A stretch of DNA of 64,000 bases, taken from contig JAZKEZ010000018.1 in the NCBI GenBank assembly GCA_040386675.1, forward strand, positions 4,799-68,798, given 5' to 3'. The stretch is from Bacteroidota bacterium. GTDB taxonomy: Bacteria; Bacteroidota; Bacteroidia; Flavobacteriales_D; Luteibaculaceae. Each line of letters opens with the position of its first letter. Position 1 is the first letter of the stretch. A model generated the notes under the pieces. The model was not told where the DNA came from and made no database searches. It worked only from the letters and a program-made list of their open reading frames with translations. Below are positions 29,363 through 38,102 of the stretch, one piece after another. Both the position numbers and the translations under genes were made by a program.

Positions 29363-30640
29363 TTAGTGTTCCCAGTTGAAACGTTCGGCCATGATCTGGC
29401 TCACATGATTCTTCAGCGGTTCAACCCGGATCTTGTCCAGTACTTCTCCGGCAAAGGCATACACCAGCATGTTTTTGGCACCTTTCTCACTGATCCCGCG
29501 CGATCTGAGGTAGAAGATGGCTTCCTCGTCAAACTGCCCGGTAGTACAACCGTGGCTGCACTTCACATCGTCGGCATAGATCTCGAGTTCAGGTTTGGTG
29601 TTTACCTGTGCGTTTTCAGAAAGGAGAATGTTGGCGTTTTGCTGGAAAGCATTGGTCTTCTGCGCATCTTTCCGCACAAACACTTTCCCGTTGAATATCC
29701 CGGTGGAATTGTCGGTAAGAATGCCTTTGTACAGCTCATGACTTACCGAATGCGGAAGCCTGTGGTCTACCAGTGTATGATTATCCACGTGCTGGTGGGC
29801 GCTTAGCGGATAAATCCCATTCAGGTGGGTTTCGCAATTCTCGCCATCGATCACGATGTTCAGGTTGTTGCGTACCCACGATCCGTTCAGGGTAATGGTA
29901 TTGATGGCGAAGTAGCTGTCGCGTTCCTGGTGCACCTGTTCGGTTGAAAGGATCAGCGATTCTTCATTTTCGATCTGTACTTTGTTGTAATCCAGCCGGG
30001 CGTTTTGTTCTACCTCGATCTCCACTACAGAGTTGGTAAACGTCCGGGTGCTTACCGTGCTTTTGAACGAGTGGATCACATTGAGTTCGCTGTTCTTTTT
30101 GGCAACGATCAGCACTCTTGGCTGCGAGATACCGTTGTCGGCAGACTGCAGGTGAATGATGTGGATCGGCTTGTCGTTGCGCACTTTTTCGCCGGCGATC
30201 AGGATCACGCCACCGGTAGCATACGCGGTATTGATAGCTGTAAAGATCTGGTCGTGTCTGGCAATTTTGCCAAGGTGTGCGGCAGCAACCGGAGAATTTG
30301 CAGCATCTTCAAGACCAATGATCTCAAGTCCTGCAGGAATTCCTTCCAGTTCAGAAAGGTCCTTCCGGAAAACCCCGTTCACCAGAATAATGCGCCAGGC
30401 GTCAAGTCCGGGGATCTTGTAAGGGTTAATGTCGATGTGCTGATCGGTTTCAGCCAGCACAAACGTGCTGTTTACGATCTTGGTCGGGCGGGTATATTTC
30501 CAGTACTCGTCCTTCGAAGCCGGGAAGTGAAGGTCACGGATAGCAGCAAGCGCATCGTTCACCACTTCAGGAGCAAATCCTGAAGAAGGTTTCATGCCTT
30601 CCAGGAAGGTTTGTTTCGTGTCGGTTTTTTCGGCAATCAT
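29363..30640 (-). CDS. sufD: Fe-S cluster assembly protein SufD
   Basis: 425 aa between sufC and sufS, with a C-terminal beta-helix region similar to SufB/SufD ([19 protein letters not shown]). Confidence 0.92.
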   Translation of the reverse strand: MIAEKTDTKQTFLEGMKPSSGFAPEVVNDALAAIRDLHFPASKDEYWKYTRPTKIVNSTFVLAETDQHIDINPYKIPGLDAWRIILVNGVFRKDLSELEGIPAGLEIIGLEDAANSPVAAAHLGKIARHDQIFTAINTAYATGGVILIAGEKVRNDKPIHIIHLQSADNGISQPRVLIVAKKNSELNVIHSFKSTVSTRTFTNSVVEIEVEQNARLDYNKVQIENEESLILSTEQVHQERDSYFAINTITLNGSWVRNNLNIVIDGENCETHLNGIYPLSAHQHVDNHTLVDHRLPHSVSHELYKGILTDNSTGIFNGKVFVRKDAQKTNAFQQNANILLSENAQVNTKPELEIYADDVKCSHGCTTGQFDEEAIFYLRSRGISEKGAKNMLVYAFAGEVLDKIRVEPLKNHVSQIMAERFNWEH

Positions 30641-30652
30641 CAGTTGACTTGC

Positions 30653-31405
30653 TTATGCGTTAACTTCTTCTTTGATCCAGTCGTAGCCTTTTTCTTCCAG
30701 CTCAAGTGCCAGTTCTTTGGTTCCCGATTTTACGATGCGGCCCTGGTACAGTACGTGAACAAAGTCAGGAACGATGTAGTCGAGCAGACGCTGGTAATGG
30801 GTAACCACGATAACAGCGTTGTTTTCGTTTTTCAGTTGGTTCACCCCGTTGGCAACGATACGAAGTGCATCGATGTCGAGGCCTGAATCGGTTTCATCAA
30901 GAATGGCTAGTTTCGGCTCAAGCATCGCCATCTGGAAGATCTCGTTGCGTTTCTTTTCTCCGCCCGAGAAACCTTCGTTTACAGAACGGTTAGCCAGGTT
31001 ATCACCCAGTTCAACCAGTTTTGCTTTCTCCTTCACCAGTGCAAGGAATTCTTTTGCGGTAAGTGCAGGCAGTCCGCGGTGTTCACGGATTTCGCTCAAT
31101 GCGGTTTTCAGGAAGTTGATGTTGCTTACGCCCGGGATCTCAACCGGATATTGGAACGCAAGGAACAATCCTTCGCGTGCTCTATCCTCGGGACCCATAT
31201 CGAGCAGGTCTTTCCCGTCAAAATCAACAGATCCGCCGGTTACTTCGTAATCTTCGCGTCCGGCAAGTACCGAAGCGAGTGTACTTTTTCCCGAACCGTT
31301 TGGTCCCATGATCGCATGGACCTCACCGGCCTTTACTTCGAGGTTAAGTCCTTTCAGGATTTCTTTGTCGCCGATAGAGGCTTGTAGGTTGTTGATTGAA
31401 AGCAT
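30653..31405 (-). CDS. sufC: Fe-S cluster assembly ATPase SufC
   Basis: Walker A GPNGSGKST, signature FSGGEKKR, Walker B LAILDETDSGLD. 250 aa. Confidence 0.96.
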   Translation of the reverse strand: MLSINNLQASIGDKEILKGLNLEVKAGEVHAIMGPNGSGKSTLASVLAGREDYEVTGGSVDFDGKDLLDMGPEDRAREGLFLAFQYPVEIPGVSNINFLKTALSEIREHRGLPALTAKEFLALVKEKAKLVELGDNLANRSVNEGFSGGEKKRNEIFQMAMLEPKLAILDETDSGLDIDALRIVANGVNQLKNENNAVIVVTHYQRLLDYIVPDFVHVLYQGRIVKSGTKELALELEEKGYDWIKEEVNA

Positions 31406-31415
31406 GATATATGTT

Positions 31416-31507
31416 TTAACCGCAAAGGGCGCAAAGCTTTACGCCAAGGCCGCTGAGAGGAAATCTTTGAGTTCTTTGTGTTTTGTCTTCGTGTTCTTTG
31501 CGGTTAA
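31416..31507. repeat. CCGCAAAG-word palindrome filling the sufB-sufC spacer
   Basis: The outer arms are a perfect 12 bp: TTAACCGCAAAG (31416-31427) against CTTTGCGGTTAA (31496-31507). The interior is made of degenerate ..CAAAG / CTTTG.. words. Confidence 0.8.
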
Positions 31508-31508
31508 A

Positions 31509-32957
31509 TCAACCAACCGATCCTTCTAAACTAACCGCCAGCAGCTTCTGCGCCTCAACCGCAAACTCCATCGGCAGTTGGTTCAGTACTTCCCTGCAAT
31601 AGCCGTTTACAATAAGCCCGATTGCTTTTTCGGTATCGATTCCTCGTTGGTTGCAGTAGAAGATCTGGTCTTCCCCGATCTTCGAGGTGGTCGCTTCGTG
31701 CTCCACTTTCGCGGTCGGATTGTGACATTCGATGTACGGGAAAGTGTGCGCCCCGCAGGTCGAGCTCATCAGCAGCGAATCACACTGCGAGAAGTTCCTT
31801 GCATTGTGGGCATTCTTGCTGATCTTCACCAGTCCGCGGTAGCTGTTGTTGCTGTCGCCTGCAGAGATTCCCTTGGAGATGATAACGCTCCGGGTGTTTT
31901 TCCCGAGGTGGATCATCTTTGTCCCGGTATCGGCCTGCTGCTTGTTGTTGGTTACGGCAACGCTGTAGAATTCGCCTTCAGAGTTGTCGCCTTTCAGGAT
32001 ACAGCTTGGGTATTTCCAGGTGATTGCCGAACCGGTTTCTACCTGTGTCCAGCTGATCTTACTGTTTTTACCGGCACAGATCCCGCGCTTGGTAACGAAA
32101 TTGTAAATCCCGCCTTTACCGTTCTTATCGCCAGGGTACCAGTTCTGAACGGTACTGTATTTAATGGTGGCATTGTCGAGTGCAACAAGTTCCACTACTG
32201 CGGCGTGAAGCTGGTTCTCGTCGCGGATCGGGGCGGTACAGCCCTCGAGGTAGCTAACATAACTGCTTTCGTCGGCAATGAGAAGCGTGCGCTCAAACTG
32301 ACCGGTATTGGCCTCGTTGATCCGGAAATAGGTACTGAGTTCCATCGGACATCTTACGCCCTTTGGAATGTAGCAGAACGATCCGTCTGAGAATACGGCA
32401 GAGTTAAGAGCCGCAAAATAGTTGTCGGTTGGAGGAACCACCGAACCGATGTATTTCTTTACCAGTTCAGGATGTTCTTTTACCGCTTCGCTGAACGAGC
32501 AGAAAATGATACCTCTTTCGGCCAGAGTTTCTTTAAAGGTGGTTTTCACAGAAACCGAATCCATTACGAAATCGACAGCGATACCCGAAAGACGTTTCTG
32601 TTCGTCCATCGAAATCCCTAGTTTCTCGTAAGTCGCCAGCAATTCCGGGTCAACCTCATCGAGTGAATCGATTTGTTTCTTTGGTTTTGGAGCCGCGTAA
32701 TAATACAGGTCCTGGTAATCGATCGGCGGATAATCCAGGTGTGCCCAGTAATGCGGTTCTTCCATTCCCTGCCAGGTACGGAACGCCTTCAGGCGCCACT
32801 CCAGCAACCATTCCGGCTCATCTTTCTTTGCAGAAATAAAGCGAACGGTATCTTCTGTAAGTCCTTTCGGAGCCTTATCACTTTCAATGTTGGTCACAAA
32901 CCCGTACTGGTATTCGCGGGAGGTGATCTCCTCTAATATTTTATCTGAATCGGCCAT
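31509..32957 (-). CDS. sufB: Fe-S cluster assembly protein SufB
   Basis: 482 aa with highly conserved SufB blocks ([35 protein letters not shown]). Confidence 0.96.
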   Translation of the reverse strand: MADSDKILEEITSREYQYGFVTNIESDKAPKGLTEDTVRFISAKKDEPEWLLEWRLKAFRTWQGMEEPHYWAHLDYPPIDYQDLYYYAAPKPKKQIDSLDEVDPELLATYEKLGISMDEQKRLSGIAVDFVMDSVSVKTTFKETLAERGIIFCSFSEAVKEHPELVKKYIGSVVPPTDNYFAALNSAVFSDGSFCYIPKGVRCPMELSTYFRINEANTGQFERTLLIADESSYVSYLEGCTAPIRDENQLHAAVVELVALDNATIKYSTVQNWYPGDKNGKGGIYNFVTKRGICAGKNSKISWTQVETGSAITWKYPSCILKGDNSEGEFYSVAVTNNKQQADTGTKMIHLGKNTRSVIISKGISAGDSNNSYRGLVKISKNAHNARNFSQCDSLLMSSTCGAHTFPYIECHNPTAKVEHEATTSKIGEDQIFYCNQRGIDTEKAIGLIVNGYCREVLNQLPMEFAVEAQKLLAVSLEGSVG

Positions 32958-33025
32958 GGGCTGTTTCGCGTCTTGAGTTTAGTGTCTCGCGTTTCCTTCG
33001 ATAATGAGAGGGAAACCAAGGTGCT

Positions 33026-33421
33026 TTATGATGTTTTATATCGTTGACCTTCTATGTCGCTTTTCTTGAGGTATTGTAGAAATGCACCAAGTTTGAAAGC
33101 CGTTTTATCAAGTTCAGAAATCAATTTTTCAAAAGTTTCTGTAGTTATGTGTCGTTTGTCGAGTGCTCGATAGAGTTGCGATTTGGCTTCGCCGCAACTT
33201 CCTTTTGCAATCACAAGAAACTGAATGAACTCCTTTCTTCCGCCTCTTTCGAATCCTTCGGCAATGTTGTCCATCACCGATCCGATTGACCGCGAAAGCT
33301 GATTCCTGAGTTCGTAGTCGTTTTTTATTTCGGTGTTATAGATGATGTGATGAACAGATTTGGCCAACTCCCTGTCCAGCTGCCAGACTTCGAGATCTTC
33401 AAACCGTTTGATCGTAGCCAT
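33026..33421 (-). CDS. four-helix-bundle protein (23S rRNA intervening-sequence protein / Avd-like family)
   Basis: 131 aa. Family signature FEDLEVWQ...IY...L.NQLSRS..SV..NIAEGFERG...EFIQFL.IAKGSCGE..SQLY. Confidence 0.87.
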   Translation of the reverse strand: MATIKRFEDLEVWQLDRELAKSVHHIIYNTEIKNDYELRNQLSRSIGSVMDNIAEGFERGGRKEFIQFLVIAKGSCGEAKSQLYRALDKRHITTETFEKLISELDKTAFKLGAFLQYLKKSDIEGQRYKTS

Positions 33422-33454
33422 AACGCGAAACCATAAACGCCAAACGCGAAACCT

Positions 33455-33781
33455 TTAGATGGAGAAACTCTCCCCACACCCACAAGTCCTCGTTGCATTC
33501 GGGTTGATGAAGGCAAAGCCTTTGCCGTTCAGTCCGCCGGAGAAGTCGAGTTCGGTTCCGATCAGGTAGAGGAAAGATTTGCGGTCTACAACCACTTTCA
33601 CCCCGTTGTCTTCAAAAGTCTGGTCGCCTTCCTTCATCTGGGTATCGAATGTGAGATTGTACATGAGTCCTGAACAGCCTCCTCCTTCCACACCGACACG
33701 AACGAAAGTCCCCGGCTCTTTATGCTCTTCCGTCAGGAGCTTGGTGACCTGCTCCTTGGCGTTATTGCTAACTTTTATCAT
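33455..33781 (-). CDS. A-type iron-sulfur carrier (IscA/SufA/ErpA family)
   Basis: 108 aa. GGGCSG motif and C-terminal CGCGESF. Confidence 0.92.
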   Translation of the reverse strand: MIKVSNNAKEQVTKLLTEEHKEPGTFVRVGVEGGGCSGLMYNLTFDTQMKEGDQTFEDNGVKVVVDRKSFLYLIGTELDFSGGLNGKGFAFINPNATRTCGCGESFSI

Positions 33782-33814
33782 AAGTTTCTATTTAGACTTA
33801 ATCTAAATTTTCTG

Positions 33815-33822
33815 CAAAAATA
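33815..33822 (-). promoter_or_regulatory. candidate -7 box TATTTTTG for the suf operon
   Basis: Exact TAnnTTTG on the minus strand, about 33 nt upstream of the carrier gene ATG (33781). Confidence 0.45.
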
Positions 33823-33909
33823 CCACTTAAACGGTATTGAAACAAACAAACCCCACTATAAATAATCCAAAAAACAGCACGAAAATTCTGGCTTCACCGC
33901 TTTGCAATG

Positions 33910-33917
33910 TATTTTTG
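33910..33917 (+). promoter_or_regulatory. candidate -7 box TATTTTTG for thiL
   Basis: Exact TAnnTTTG, 6 nt upstream of ATG 33924. It is divergent from the suf promoter. Confidence 0.45.
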
Positions 33918-33923
33918 CAGCTT

Positions 33924-34964
33924 ATGGAAAACGTGAACAGAACGGAATTGAGTGATTTGGGTGAGTTCGGATTGATCGAGCACCTTTCGAAACACATTGA
34001 ATATAACCAGCCATCTACCATTAAAGGTATTGGCGACGACTGCGCGGTGATCGATAACGGTACCAACTTTACCGTGGTAACCACCGATATGCTGGTGGAA
34101 GGCGTTCACTTCGACCTGGGTTATGTTCCGTTGAAACACCTCGGCTACAAGTCGGTGGTGGTAAACGTTTCCGACATCTACGCCATGAATGCGACGCCCA
34201 AACAGATCACCGTTTCTGTTGCGCTGTCGAACCGGTTTTCGCTCGAAGCGGTAGAAGAACTTTACGCCGGGATGCTGAAAGCCTGCGAGACTTACGGAGT
34301 CGACCTGGTTGGCGGAGACACCACCTCGAGCCAGCTCGGACTGGTGATCTCGATCACGGCCATTGGCGAGGTAGAAAAAGACAAAGTAGTTTACCGCTCC
34401 GGAGCTAAAGAAAAAGACCTGCTGATGGTGAGCGGCGATCTTGGCGGTGCCTACATGGGGCTGCAACTGCTCGAAAGAGAAAAATCAGTCTTCAAGGAAA
34501 ACCCGGAAATCCAGCCCGACCTCGACGGTCACGATTACATCCTGGAACGCCAGCTGAAACCCGAAGCACGCAAAGACGTGATCGAAATGCTGGCCGAAAT
34601 GGGCATTCAGCCTACATCGATGATCGACGTGTCTGACGGACTGGCCTCAGAGATCCTTCACCTGGCCAAAGCTTCCGGACTCGGTTGCCACTTGCACGAA
34701 GACAAAATTCCAATCGACCCGACCACATTTAATGCTGCCCGTGAGTTCGATCTTGATCCTACCATGTGTGCATTAAGCGGCGGAGAAGATTATGAGCTGT
34801 TGTTCACCATTGCTCAATCTGACTATGATAAAATAAAAAACAACCCTAACTTGACTCCAATCGGTTACATGATGGATGCCGCAAGCGGTTGTCAGTTGAT
34901 TGACCGTCAAAACGGAATGCACCAATTAACTGCCCAGGGATGGGATGCGTTGTTAAAGAAGTAG
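33924..34964 (+). CDS. thiL: thiamine-phosphate kinase
   Basis: Starts MENVNRTELSDLGEFGLIEHL; GIGDDCAVI motif; AIR-synthase-like fold pattern. The ORF track start at 33837 is an upstream extension. Confidence 0.9.
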   Translation: MENVNRTELSDLGEFGLIEHLSKHIEYNQPSTIKGIGDDCAVIDNGTNFTVVTTDMLVEGVHFDLGYVPLKHLGYKSVVVNVSDIYAMNATPKQITVSVALSNRFSLEAVEELYAGMLKACETYGVDLVGGDTTSSQLGLVISITAIGEVEKDKVVYRSGAKEKDLLMVSGDLGGAYMGLQLLEREKSVFKENPEIQPDLDGHDYILERQLKPEARKDVIEMLAEMGIQPTSMIDVSDGLASEILHLAKASGLGCHLHEDKIPIDPTTFNAAREFDLDPTMCALSGGEDYELLFTIAQSDYDKIKNNPNLTPIGYMMDAASGCQLIDRQNGMHQLTAQGWDALLKK

Positions 34965-34979
34965 GTTGTTAGTCGCACT

Positions 34980-35040
34980 GGGGGATCTCTCGCTGCGCTC
35001 GACATGACCCGTCATCTCGAACGAAGTGAGAGATCCCCCC
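34980..35040. repeat. 61-nt hairpin of the CTCGCTGCGC-word family between thiL and yraN
   Basis: GGGGGATCTCTCGCTGCGCTCGACATGAC - CC - GTCATCTCGAACGAAGTGAGAGATCCCCC. The arms are about 29 nt with about 5 mismatches. Confidence 0.82.
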
Positions 35041-35056
35041 GGCTTAAACCAACCTC

Positions 35057-35428
35057 ATGAAAACCCCTCAACAACACACCGGCGCACAAGGAGAAAACGC
35101 TGCAAGACAGTACCTTGAAACCAAAGGTTACCGCATTTTACACGAAAACTGGCGGAAAGGACAGTACGAGATCGACCTGATTGCGAGATTTGCCCAACTG
35201 CTCATTTTCGTAGAAGTAAAAACCAGGAGTTACAACCCGCTGGTCGAACCGTATAAGGCAGTGACCAGAAGCAAGCAGCAAAGCCTGCTGACTGCAGCAA
35301 AATCGTATGTCACCATTACAGAGTGTACCGACGAGATCCGCTTTGATGTGGTGACGGTGATTGCGAAAGGCGCTGAAAATCAGATCGAACATATTGAAGA
35401 TGCGTTCCGTGCGTATGTCGGGCGCTAA
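35057..35428 (+). CDS. yraN: YraN family (UPF0102) endonuclease-like protein
   Basis: 123 aa. GE.AA..YL...GY.IL..NWR....EIDLIA......FVEVKTR pattern. Confidence 0.87.
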   Translation: MKTPQQHTGAQGENAARQYLETKGYRILHENWRKGQYEIDLIARFAQLLIFVEVKTRSYNPLVEPYKAVTRSKQQSLLTAAKSYVTITECTDEIRFDVVTVIAKGAENQIEHIEDAFRAYVGR

Positions 35429-35437
35429 ACAAAATAG

Positions 35438-35445
35438 TACCTTTG
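35438..35445 (+). promoter_or_regulatory. candidate -7 box TACCTTTG for rlmN
   Basis: Exact TAnnTTTG, only 4 nt upstream of ATG 35450. Confidence 0.45.
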
Positions 35446-35449
35446 CACG

Positions 35450-36508
35450 ATGCAGACCTTAGAGAAGAAAGATATTCGTTCGCTGAGCCTTGAAGAACTT
35501 ACCGTCATTTTCAAGAATGAAGGCGAGCAGGGCTTCCGTGCGAAACAGGTGTTTGAGTGGCTGTGGAAAAAATCGGCACATGCGTTTACCGATATGACCA
35601 ACCTGAGCAAGTCGACCCGCGACTGGCTCGAAAACAACTTCGTGATCAATGCCGTACAAACGGCAGAGAGTCAGAAAAGCGACGATGGCACCATAAAGAA
35701 CGCATTCCAGCTTTACGACAGTTACGTGGTGGAAGGCGTACTCATTCCGACCGAAAAGCGAATGACTGCCTGTATCTCCTCGCAGGTAGGCTGTTCACTT
35801 ACCTGTAAGTTTTGTGCCACCGGTAAGCTGAAGCGGATGCGCAACCTGAACGCCGACGAGATCTACGACCAGGTCGTGGCCATCAAACGACAGGCAGAAG
35901 CCAACTACGAAAAACCACTGACCAATATCGTTTACATGGGAATGGGCGAACCGTTGCTCAATTACAAGAACGTACTGGAATCGGTAGAAAAGATCACTTC
36001 AGACCAGGGACTGGGAATGGCTGCCAAACGCATCACCATTTCTACTGCGGGAATCGCCAAGATGATCAAGCAACTGGGTGATGATGAAGTGAAATTCAAC
36101 CTGGCCGTTTCGCTGCATGCGGCAAACGATGCCAAGCGCAACCACATTATGCCCATCAACGAGTCAAATACACTCGAGGCACTTGCCGAGTCGCTGGTTT
36201 ACTACTACCGCAAAACCAAGAATCCCGTAACCTTCGAATACATCATCTTCAAGGATTTTAATGATGAACTTGAAGACGCAAAAGAACTCGCCGATTTCTG
36301 CAAGAAAGTACCGAGCAAGGTGAACATCATCGAATACAACAGTATCGACGACGGTGAATTCCAGCAGGCTGATTCGAAAAAAGTAGAGCGTTTTCAGCAA
36401 TACCTTGAAGGAAAAGGAATCGTTGCCAAGGTGAGACGAAGCCGCGGTAAAGATATTGATGCGGCTTGCGGACAACTGGCCAATAAGAACCAGGCCGCCC
36501 TTAAGTGA
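35450..36508 (+). CDS. rlmN: 23S rRNA (adenine2503-C2)-methyltransferase, radical SAM
   Basis: CSLTCKFCATG radical-SAM cluster motif, GMGEPLLN, C-terminal DIDAACGQL. Confidence 0.95.
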   Translation: MQTLEKKDIRSLSLEELTVIFKNEGEQGFRAKQVFEWLWKKSAHAFTDMTNLSKSTRDWLENNFVINAVQTAESQKSDDGTIKNAFQLYDSYVVEGVLIPTEKRMTACISSQVGCSLTCKFCATGKLKRMRNLNADEIYDQVVAIKRQAEANYEKPLTNIVYMGMGEPLLNYKNVLESVEKITSDQGLGMAAKRITISTAGIAKMIKQLGDDEVKFNLAVSLHAANDAKRNHIMPINESNTLEALAESLVYYYRKTKNPVTFEYIIFKDFNDELEDAKELADFCKKVPSKVNIIEYNSIDDGEFQQADSKKVERFQQYLEGKGIVAKVRRSRGKDIDAACGQLANKNQAALK

Positions 36509-36511
36509 TCA

Positions 36512-36604
36512 GATAATTGAGTTGATAATGGTAATTAGGTAATGGCCATCCGGTAAAGCGCTTCCGGATGGCCATTATCTAATCAACCAATTATCTAATC
36601 AACA
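36512..36604. repeat. stuttered-word palindrome / terminator after rlmN
   Basis: The core is a perfect 14-bp stem, TAATGGCCATCCGG (36540-36553) against CCGGATGGCCATTA (36564-36577). The right arm carries ATTATCTAATCAAC twice (36574-36587 and 36590-36603). The left arm carries the degenerate complement (GATAATTGAGTTGATAATGGTAATTAGG). Confidence 0.82.
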
Positions 36605-36640
36605 AATTAATCTGATATTTGGCTCCCATTATGGCAATTC

Positions 36641-37612
36641 ATGGACATTAAACAGATACAGGCTCCGATTGAGCAGCACATGGAGGTGTTTGAGGACAAG
36701 TTCCATCAATCCATGAAAAGCCGTGTTGCCCTGCTGGACAAGATCACCCATTACATTGTAAAGCGAAAAGGAAAGCAGATGCGGCCCATGTTCGTGTTTC
36801 TGTGCGCCGAGCTTTGCGGTGGGGTGAAAGAAAGCACACATACCGCCGCCTCTCTCATTGAATTGCTGCACACCGCTACACTCGTTCACGACGATGTGGT
36901 GGATGATGCTGCCGAAAGACGCGGTTTTTTCTCGATCAATGCGTTGTGGAAAAACAAGATCGCGGTACTTGTCGGAGATTTCCTGCTTTCCCGCGGCTTG
37001 CTGCTGTCGGTGGAAAAAAAGGAATTCAGGCTGCTGGAAATTGTGAGCGATGCCGTTCGTGAAATGAGCGAAGGTGAATTGCTCCAGATGGAGAAAACCC
37101 GCTCGCTGAACCTGCAGGAAGACATCTATTACGAGATCATCCGGCAGAAAACCGCCAGTCTTATCGCGGCATGTTGCGCGGCCGGTGCACAATCATCAGG
37201 CGCTTCCGAGGAAGAAATACAACTGATGTACCAGTTCGGGGAACACGTTGGAATGGCTTTCCAGATCAAAGACGACCTGTTTGATTACGGTTCGGCGGAA
37301 GATATCGGCAAGCCTACGGGCATCGACATCAAAGAGAAGAAAACCACCCTACCGCTGATCTATGCCCTGAATCGCTCGACGTTCCTGGTGCGGAGAAAAA
37401 TTACCGGTCTCGTGAAAAACCACAATGAAAACCCGAAGAAAGTAGCTGAAGTAATGGATTTCGTAATTGCAGGCGGCGGATTGGAATATGCCGCTGTCCG
37501 TATGCACGAATTCAAGGAAAAGGCACTCGAGATACTACACAAATTCCCGGATTCACCTTCGCGCCAGTCGCTGGAAGGCCTGGTCCATTATACCATTAAC
37601 AGAAAAAAATGA
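36641..37612 (+). CDS. polyprenyl diphosphate synthase (IspB-like)
   Basis: First Asp-rich motif LVHDDVVDD and second motif FQIKDDLFDY. Confidence 0.92.
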   Translation: MDIKQIQAPIEQHMEVFEDKFHQSMKSRVALLDKITHYIVKRKGKQMRPMFVFLCAELCGGVKESTHTAASLIELLHTATLVHDDVVDDAAERRGFFSINALWKNKIAVLVGDFLLSRGLLLSVEKKEFRLLEIVSDAVREMSEGELLQMEKTRSLNLQEDIYYEIIRQKTASLIAACCAAGAQSSGASEEEIQLMYQFGEHVGMAFQIKDDLFDYGSAEDIGKPTGIDIKEKKTTLPLIYALNRSTFLVRRKITGLVKNHNENPKKVAEVMDFVIAGGGLEYAAVRMHEFKEKALEILHKFPDSPSRQSLEGLVHYTINRKK

Positions 37613-37995
37613 GATACGTAAGCATTTTCCTGGCCCTGGCATTCCTTGCAGGTGCATGTACCAACGATAAAAAGGCCGAACAAGAAAAATCGGCTAAACC
37701 CGATCATAAATATCCGCAAACCGAAAAAGTATTCTATCCGACCGGCGAGATTAAAATGGCCGGAAAGCTGAAAGACGGCAAGCGCCAGGGACCGTGGTCG
37801 AGCTGGTTCCAAAACGGCAAGATCAACAGCGAAGCCAATTTCGTGAACGACCAGATGGATGGTAAATACACGGTGTGGTACGAAAACGGACAGGAAAGGA
37901 TCACCGGAAATTACAAGCTGGATAAAGAGATCGGTACGTGGTACTTCTTTGCGGAGAACGGAGATACGATTACGGTGAAGGATTTTGAGAAGTAA
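37609..37995 (+). CDS. lipoprotein with MORN-variant (YwqK-like) repeats
   Basis: Lipobox FLAGAC. Repeats G..DG....W..NG. appear three times. ATGA overlap with the synthase stop. Confidence 0.72.
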   Translation: MRYVSIFLALAFLAGACTNDKKAEQEKSAKPDHKYPQTEKVFYPTGEIKMAGKLKDGKRQGPWSSWFQNGKINSEANFVNDQMDGKYTVWYENGQERITGNYKLDKEIGTWYFFAENGDTITVKDFEK

Positions 37996-37996
37996 G

Positions 37997-38093
37997 TGGT
38001 TTAGACTGGGTAGACGGTTTAGACGGTTTATCGTTACAGCCGTCTAAACCGTCTAAACCGTCTCCACCGTCTCAACTGTCTCAACCGTCTAAA
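37997..38093. repeat. 9-nt word array forming a slippable hairpin immediately upstream of dnaG
   Basis: The right arm has six tandem 9-mers at 38040-38093: CCGTCTAAA, CCGTCTAAA, CCGTCTCCA, CCGTCTCAA, CTGTCTCAA, CCGTCTAAA. The left arm has about 3.4 complementary copies (TTTAGACTG, GGTAGACGG, TTTAGACGG, TTTA). The loop is TCGTTACAG. Confidence 0.88.
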
Positions 38094-38102
38094 CAACAAC
38101 CA

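Noticed and set aside
33026-33421. Diversity-generating retroelement, because the four-helix-bundle proteins resemble Avd.
   Set aside because: The window has no reverse transcriptase gene, no template/variable repeat pair and no target gene with a C-type lectin fold next to either copy.
38040-38093. Possible CRISPR-like array (regular short direct repeats).
   Set aside because: The units are 9 nt and contiguous with no spacers. Complementary copies sit on the other side of a loop. No cas genes are present.
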